Assembly (NCBI GenBank): GCA_027366155.1
Contig: DAHXKV010000055.1
Span: 1-50,209, forward strand
From: Candidatus Micrarchaeota archaeon
GTDB taxonomy: Archaea; Micrarchaeota; Micrarchaeia; Micrarchaeales; CABMGC01
Direction: 5' to 3'
DNA length: 50,209 nucleotides
How positions within the stretch are numbered: position 1 is the stretch's first letter; every line of letters begins with the position of its first letter. Position numbers and translations under genes: made by a program. Below are positions 45,780 to 50,209 of the stretch, piece by piece. Under the pieces are notes generated by a model. It saw only the letters and a program-made list of their open reading frames with translations, had not been told where the DNA came from and searched no databases.

Positions 45780-46961
45780 AACTTTTATGCGCCTTCCATA
45801 TTCCTTCAAAACAGACTGCTCTATTGAAGCCGAAAGCAAATCTATCTTGCCGTTTATCTCCTTCAGTGTTTTTAGTGCCCTCTCCCTCCTTGCGGTCTCA
45901 TTCGCTGCATGAGCCATCAACGAGACTGCCATTTCATAGTCACGCCTCAGGCTCCTTATTCTCTCCTCTATCCTTTCCAACTCGCGTTCCATTTCAACGA
46001 GGCCCTTCTTCTCACTCCACAAATCTGATGAGATAAGTGAGTCCAATGCGCGAGAAACAGCATCACTGCCCCTAGCCTTGCCCTTCTGGGAGCCAATCGA
46101 ACTTCTGATATCCCCGAATTTACCCTTCACGTACTTCCAGTCATCTTCTGTATTAAGATATGAAAACGGGCTGGCCACAAACGGCTCAATCCTGCGCTTC
46201 TCAAGCGATACATGGTCAAACATCCTCGCCGTCCTCTCCAGGGGCTTTGTAAACGACTCGGTTTTCCTGATTATCGCGGCGCGGGCCTTTTCTACCTCTT
46301 CTTTCTCTTTTTGCATCTTCTCTATCTCCTTCTTAATGTCTGTTTCATGAAAATCTGTTTCCTTGGGACCTGCCGAAGGGTTTTCTATCTCCAGCTCTGC
46401 CTCCCCCTTCTCCTTTAGCAGGAGGCTTAACTCCTCCGCTTTCCCACGCACCTCCCTATATCTTCCGTAGTCCGGCTCCCTTCTAGAAAGCTCGTTTTCA
46501 AGGGCGCGCAGCGCAGACTCCAACTCAGAAAAACCCTTCTTGACTTTCTGTAAACTGTTGGAATACGCATATACTACCGTTCTGAACTCTGCATTCAGCT
46601 TCAATACGGTGTTTATCGCACTTCTGCCTTCCAGCGCCTCTGCATTAAGCCTCTCATATGTATTCGCTCCATGTTCCTGCCATTCGGCACCAATTGCCTT
46701 CTCAATGCTTCTAGCGTATGCTGTCTTCCTGCTTTTCACGCTCTCCGGGCTTGTGTTGTATAGGTCTTCCAGATACAGCTCAGCCTCAGACTTCTCGAAT
46801 TCCGTGCAGGCTGCCAGAAGCGAAGCTTTTGCTGCCAAGAGCCTGCCGCGCCTGGCCTCTCCAACCTTGAGCAAATTCCCAAGGCTTTTCTCGAAAAGAA
46901 CACCCACAAAGGAGACGAGATCAGCGGCCATTACTTCTTCAGTCCCTTCCCTGCCAAACAA
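45771..46961 (-). CDS. Hypothetical coiled-coil protein
   Basis: The protein is 396 aa (TTG at 46961; first ATG at 46931). It has long E/K/R/L heptad-like stretches: ELESALRALENELSRRE, KKEIEKMQKEKEEVEKARAAIIRK and EMERELERIEERIRSLRRDYE. There is no P-loop. Confidence 0.55.
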   Translation of the reverse strand: MFGREGTEEVMAADLVSFVGVLFEKSLGNLLKVGEARRGRLLAAKASLLAACTEFEKSEAELYLEDLYNTSPESVKSRKTAYARSIEKAIGAEWQEHGANTYERLNAEALEGRSAINTVLKLNAEFRTVVYAYSNSLQKVKKGFSELESALRALENELSRREPDYGRYREVRGKAEELSLLLKEKGEAELEIENPSAGPKETDFHETDIKKEIEKMQKEKEEVEKARAAIIRKTESFTKPLERTARMFDHVSLEKRRIEPFVASPFSYLNTEDDWKYVKGKFGDIRSSIGSQKGKARGSDAVSRALDSLISSDLWSEKKGLVEMERELERIEERIRSLRRDYEMAVSLMAHAANETARRERALKTLKEINGKIDLLSASIEQSVLKEYGRRIKVSA

Positions 46962-46993
46962 GCTTGCACCTAGGACAAAAAAACGCTTATAAT

Positions 46994-49900
46994 CTACATA
47001 TACCTTCCTAGGTTGAACTGTCCACTTGTGTTCATACTCATCTGCTCCATCGGATCTGCAAATATGCTCGATATCTCTGTCCTTACCAAGAGGAGCCTCT
47101 GCCTTATATACGCGTCAAGGGAGTACCTCTCCGCAAGCCCAATCGCCATCTCTAGGTATTTCTCTATGCCCGCCTTGGATATGGTGAGGAGAAGCCTACC
47201 TGAGTCCCTGCTGCACTTGCCCGAGAGCGGCACCCTCCTGTACTTTGTATTGCACGAAGAGCACCTGAACGACTGTTTGGAGAAAGAATGGAGATTTCCT
47301 ATCAGGTCAGGGATAAAGTGGCTTACTATAAGCTTGCGCGCAGCGTCAGGCTTGTCTATCGCGCATATCTTGTCCATGAGCTCAAACTCCCCGTCTACCT
47401 TCTCCTGCATAGTCTTGAAGAGTGTATATTGGCTTTTTTTAGGCGAGTTCGCTATTGCCACCGATGAAGACCCGTGCGAAAACAAAAGCCCCTCATAAAC
47501 GCTTTCCTTTCCCAGCCTCCGTTCCACTATCTCCAGGTCTGCCTCGGCAGGGTATGCGTATGCGAATGTCTTCTCGTAGAACTCCAGCCCGTAATCCTCC
47601 AGCACTTCCATCGCATGTGCCTCGTCGTCTATCTCTTCTGGGAGCAGGTTGACTGAGAGCACAAGCGGCGCGTCCATGCTCCCTCCAACACTTGTCGGAA
47701 GGAATTCCCTAGAAAAGTTGACCAGAGCATCGAGGAGCAGCATGGTACTGTCCTCGTCCCCGTCGCAATTTCTGCGCCTTGCGGATATGGTATATGGGTG
47801 CGAGAGCCCCACATTCGCATCAGTGTAGCCTATTATCCTGTTAAGCACACCGCAAGAAGTGTGTGGCGAAAGCGTTATTACAAGATGGCCGATAAGGTCT
47901 CCTGGATCTGTTGCAGAGTAAAACGGCGCGCCTCCATACATGTACTCAAGCATCTGGTCGACAGCCCTGGATACCCTGAGGAGATAAGTCCCTCCTTTCC
48001 TGCTAAGTACGGCATCCTGGTGCTTCATCTCCACGAGCTGACTGCCGCTAGTCAATTCAACCCCTCGGTAATCCTTTGTGTATCCAAGCTCCCGGAGCCT
48101 CTCGATGCTGGTGCCTATCTCCTCCGGATAAAAATGCGTCATCGGAACGTCTGTTGCATCGAACCTCGAGGTGCCGTCCTTGAATATGTACACCCCATTG
48201 TTTGCACGTATTATCCCTTTTTCTATGGGTTCAACAACCCTATCTCTATTCATCATCATCTTGACCCCCTTCATTGTGGGAGGGAGCCTGCTCGTTCCTA
48301 TTCTTTTCATGGCAGACCCGACAAGCCTTACTATATCGATGTTGCGCTCTTCGTAGGCTGTCGTCTTCGCCTTGCATATCCTGCACTCGCCAGACATTGA
48401 CGGCTCTTTGCATACCGAACATTTCCTATAAAGAGCCGCTGCCTTGTCACAGTCATAGCAATAAGCAGAATCTATCGTCCTTTTGCAGGAAGAGCACGTG
48501 TATGATGCAATCTCTACCTTTGCCTCTGACTTGAGTTTCTTGGAATCGTTTGCGAACGCTTTCGACAAATTCCTTTCATTGCCTCCATACGGGCCTATCG
48601 GGAAAAGGACATTGGGCGCAGGCTTCATGAGACGCTCCCGCGCCTTTTCCGGCCTTCCTATCCTGGCGCCTATGAACGTAGACCTCTTCGGTATATTTAT
48701 CGCTGAAACTGAATTGATGAGAACCAGTGGCTCGGCTCCCTGGTAATCCAGATAAGTCTTTATCGTTGAAGCTGTCCCTGCCTTCTCTCCAGACGCTGAG
48801 TAAAATCCAAGCGAAACGGCAAGCGCCCTTGCATAGTCCGCCTCCACGACGATGGACTCGCCTTCCAGATCGTGCGTGACATTGAGCCTTTCAAGCAGTT
48901 CCTTGATGTCTGCAGACATCGGCATGCGCAGCCTTTCTATGGAATCAAGCATCGGATGCCCGTCAAGCAGCGGGCCCACCGTAGAAGCAAGCAAGCAGAG
49001 TTCTTTTGGGCTAGCCGCCTGGAACTCGAACAGGAACTTGGGATGCATTGGGATCTTATATAGTACGGAGAGCCTGAAAGCCTCGTTAAAACTGATATTC
49101 TCCCTGCTTATCTTTTCCTTGCTCGAAGCGAACAGCTGGCCCTCCCAGAGCTCCTCCACGTAGCTTGAAGGCTGCAGCTGCGTGTTTGATTTCTTGAAGT
49201 CTCCGTAAGTTACCAGGATGTCTCCCAGGGAGACTATCTTCGAGACCTCCCCTTTTAATCTCATGGCGCTCTCGGCCTCGCTTATCCTCAGCGCACGCCC
49301 GCTTCGCAGAACCACGAAAGGGCCCTCGATGCTATCCACTGGAACCGCAACGCAGCCCTTGCCTGGGAACTCTATCTTCAGCTGTGTGCCTGTTGCTATA
49401 AAGCCGTCTGCTATTATCATGGTTGCAGGGCTGAATCCTTTAGAAGCTATCCCTGTGAACCTGCTTCTCCCGTAGCGCAGCCTTAAGCCCCCTACCTTTC
49501 CGGGATACGCGAGAATAGGTCTTCCTGCGACCAGCTCCTCAAGGAAAACGGAGGTATCGTCCTTCTTTTCGCTCTCGGATTTCTTTACTGTGGCCTTTAT
49601 CACTTTGGCAAGCCATCCCCAGTCAAGCCCAACTCCTCCTGTCTCCTTGAGCATCTTCTTTGCTTTTTGCGCTATTCCCTCGCATACAACCAGGGATATA
49701 CCTCCCCTGACTCTGTTAGTAACGTTTATCTCCTCCCCATTGGCTCCTATCTTCTTGAGGTTTCCATGTACGCTTACCTCTATTGACTCGGTAGGTACGC
49801 CGTCTATGCATATCGGGCAGTTTTCAACGATGGTCCTTATGTCATCATCAGGCGGCCTGTACTGAAGCCTTGCGGCCCGGGTATGGTAAAGTTCGGCTTC

Positions 49901-50074
49901 TTCCACATATCTCTCTATCTCGTCCTTCGTTGGCTTGTATACATCTATACTGAACAACTTCCTGCAGTAGTCTGCAAGCGCGACAGAGAGCGCGGCGGCA
50001 GTGCCTCCCGCCCCGCGTATGGGCCCAGCGTATGATATCGCCAAGTAAGACGTGCCGTCCTGGTTCTTGTACAT
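46994..50074 (-). CDS. polC: DNA polymerase II (PolD) large subunit DP2, C-terminal about 1026 aa
   Basis: The motifs are YLAISYAGPIRGAGGTAAALSV, LYHTRAARLQY, RGGISLVVCEGIAQKAKK, zinc clusters CSSCKR..CYDC and CSVCKE...CRIC, HPYTISARRRNCDGDED and CSSCNTKYRRVPLSGKC. Confidence 0.9.
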   Translation of the reverse strand: MYKNQDGTSYLAISYAGPIRGAGGTAAALSVALADYCRKLFSIDVYKPTKDEIERYVEEAELYHTRAARLQYRPPDDDIRTIVENCPICIDGVPTESIEVSVHGNLKKIGANGEEINVTNRVRGGISLVVCEGIAQKAKKMLKETGGVGLDWGWLAKVIKATVKKSESEKKDDTSVFLEELVAGRPILAYPGKVGGLRLRYGRSRFTGIASKGFSPATMIIADGFIATGTQLKIEFPGKGCVAVPVDSIEGPFVVLRSGRALRISEAESAMRLKGEVSKIVSLGDILVTYGDFKKSNTQLQPSSYVEELWEGQLFASSKEKISRENISFNEAFRLSVLYKIPMHPKFLFEFQAASPKELCLLASTVGPLLDGHPMLDSIERLRMPMSADIKELLERLNVTHDLEGESIVVEADYARALAVSLGFYSASGEKAGTASTIKTYLDYQGAEPLVLINSVSAINIPKRSTFIGARIGRPEKARERLMKPAPNVLFPIGPYGGNERNLSKAFANDSKKLKSEAKVEIASYTCSSCKRTIDSAYCYDCDKAAALYRKCSVCKEPSMSGECRICKAKTTAYEERNIDIVRLVGSAMKRIGTSRLPPTMKGVKMMMNRDRVVEPIEKGIIRANNGVYIFKDGTSRFDATDVPMTHFYPEEIGTSIERLRELGYTKDYRGVELTSGSQLVEMKHQDAVLSRKGGTYLLRVSRAVDQMLEYMYGGAPFYSATDPGDLIGHLVITLSPHTSCGVLNRIIGYTDANVGLSHPYTISARRRNCDGDEDSTMLLLDALVNFSREFLPTSVGGSMDAPLVLSVNLLPEEIDDEAHAMEVLEDYGLEFYEKTFAYAYPAEADLEIVERRLGKESVYEGLLFSHGSSSVAIANSPKKSQYTLFKTMQEKVDGEFELMDKICAIDKPDAARKLIVSHFIPDLIGNLHSFSKQSFRCSSCNTKYRRVPLSGKCSRDSGRLLLTISKAGIEKYLEMAIGLAERYSLDAYIRQRLLLVRTEISSIFADPMEQMSMNTSGQFNLGRYM

Positions 50075-50076
50075 TT

Positions 50077-50208
50077 CTATCCCGTGTATCCCCCATATAC
50101 GGGGACAACCCCATAATGCCCAGCAGGAAGGACTCGCTTGTGATAGACGAGGTGCCCGACATACTCCACATGGGCCACCTGCACAAGAATGGCTATGCGG
50201 AGTACCAC
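50077..50208 (-). CDS. polC: Probable upstream part of DP2 in a different reading frame, cut by the window edge
   Basis: This minus-strand frame translates to VVLRIAILVQVAHVEYVGHLVYHKRVLPAGHYGVVPVYGGYTG and then TAG (50077-50079), 2 nt before the DP2 ATG. The frame that continues the DP2 ORF upstream is open but Cys/Trp/Pro-rich and looks non-coding. Confidence 0.4.
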   Translation of the reverse strand: MVLRIAILVQVAHVEYVGHLVYHKRVLPAGHYGVVPVYGGYTG

Positions 50209-50209
50209 G

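Noticed and set aside
45771-46961. The coiled-coil protein as Rad50/SMC, the partner missing from the Mre11-like gene.
   Set aside because: It has no Walker A, Walker B, signature motif or zinc hook (CxxC). At 396 aa it is far too short, and it is not adjacent to the Mre11-like gene.
1-50209. CRISPR arrays, rRNA genes and tandem DNA repeats.
   Set aside because: Reading the window, I saw no regularly spaced direct repeats and no rRNA-like conserved blocks. The only repetition is short (10-14 nt) or is codon-level low complexity inside genes.

Overview
This is a densely coded archaeal chromosome segment with about 45 protein genes and one tRNA. I saw no rRNA, CRISPR array, transposase or integrase. 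All calls come from reading motifs by eye, since no similarity search was possible.

Informational core genes:
- gltX, cut by the left edge
- a DRG GTPase
- RNase P proteins Rpp30 and Pop5
- a single-OB SSB
- a beta-CASP RNase
- trpS
- the rpoH-rpoB''-rpoB'-rpoA'-rpoA'' operon, with a split B subunit
- metG, MCM, proS and tRNA-Gln(UUG)
- cmk and rpl14e
- an Mre11-like nuclease
- the PolD large subunit DP2, running off the right edge

The split rpoB together with PolD points to a euryarchaeal or DPANN-type lineage. Short proteins, ATGA overlaps and stop-stop overlaps suggest a reduced genome, but that is only a guess.

Metabolic and envelope genes:
- rpiB
- ADP-forming acetyl-CoA synthetase beta and alpha subunits
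- a Nudix hydrolase
- geranylgeranyl reductase
- AglB oligosaccharyltransferase plus a GT4 glycosyltransferase
- a prepilin peptidase
- a class-III aminotransferase

The most unusual stretch is 19.2-29.5 kb, directly behind rpoA''. It holds:
- an NPP-type phosphodiesterase
- a Fic-fold protein with a deviant catalytic motif fused to HEAT repeats, tightly followed by a HAD phosphatase
- an orphan small-ORF transcription unit
- a ribbon-helix-helix::nucleotidyltransferase fusion with a degenerate NTP-binding signature
- a cupin protein
- a CPDase-type 2H phosphoesterase
- a GNAT-M20-ROK set

Other oddities:
- a 204-aa extension on the N-terminus of AglB
- a tail-anchored tandem-wHTH protein
- an unknown coiled-coil gene behind DP2
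- a reading-frame break inside DP2 at the window edge
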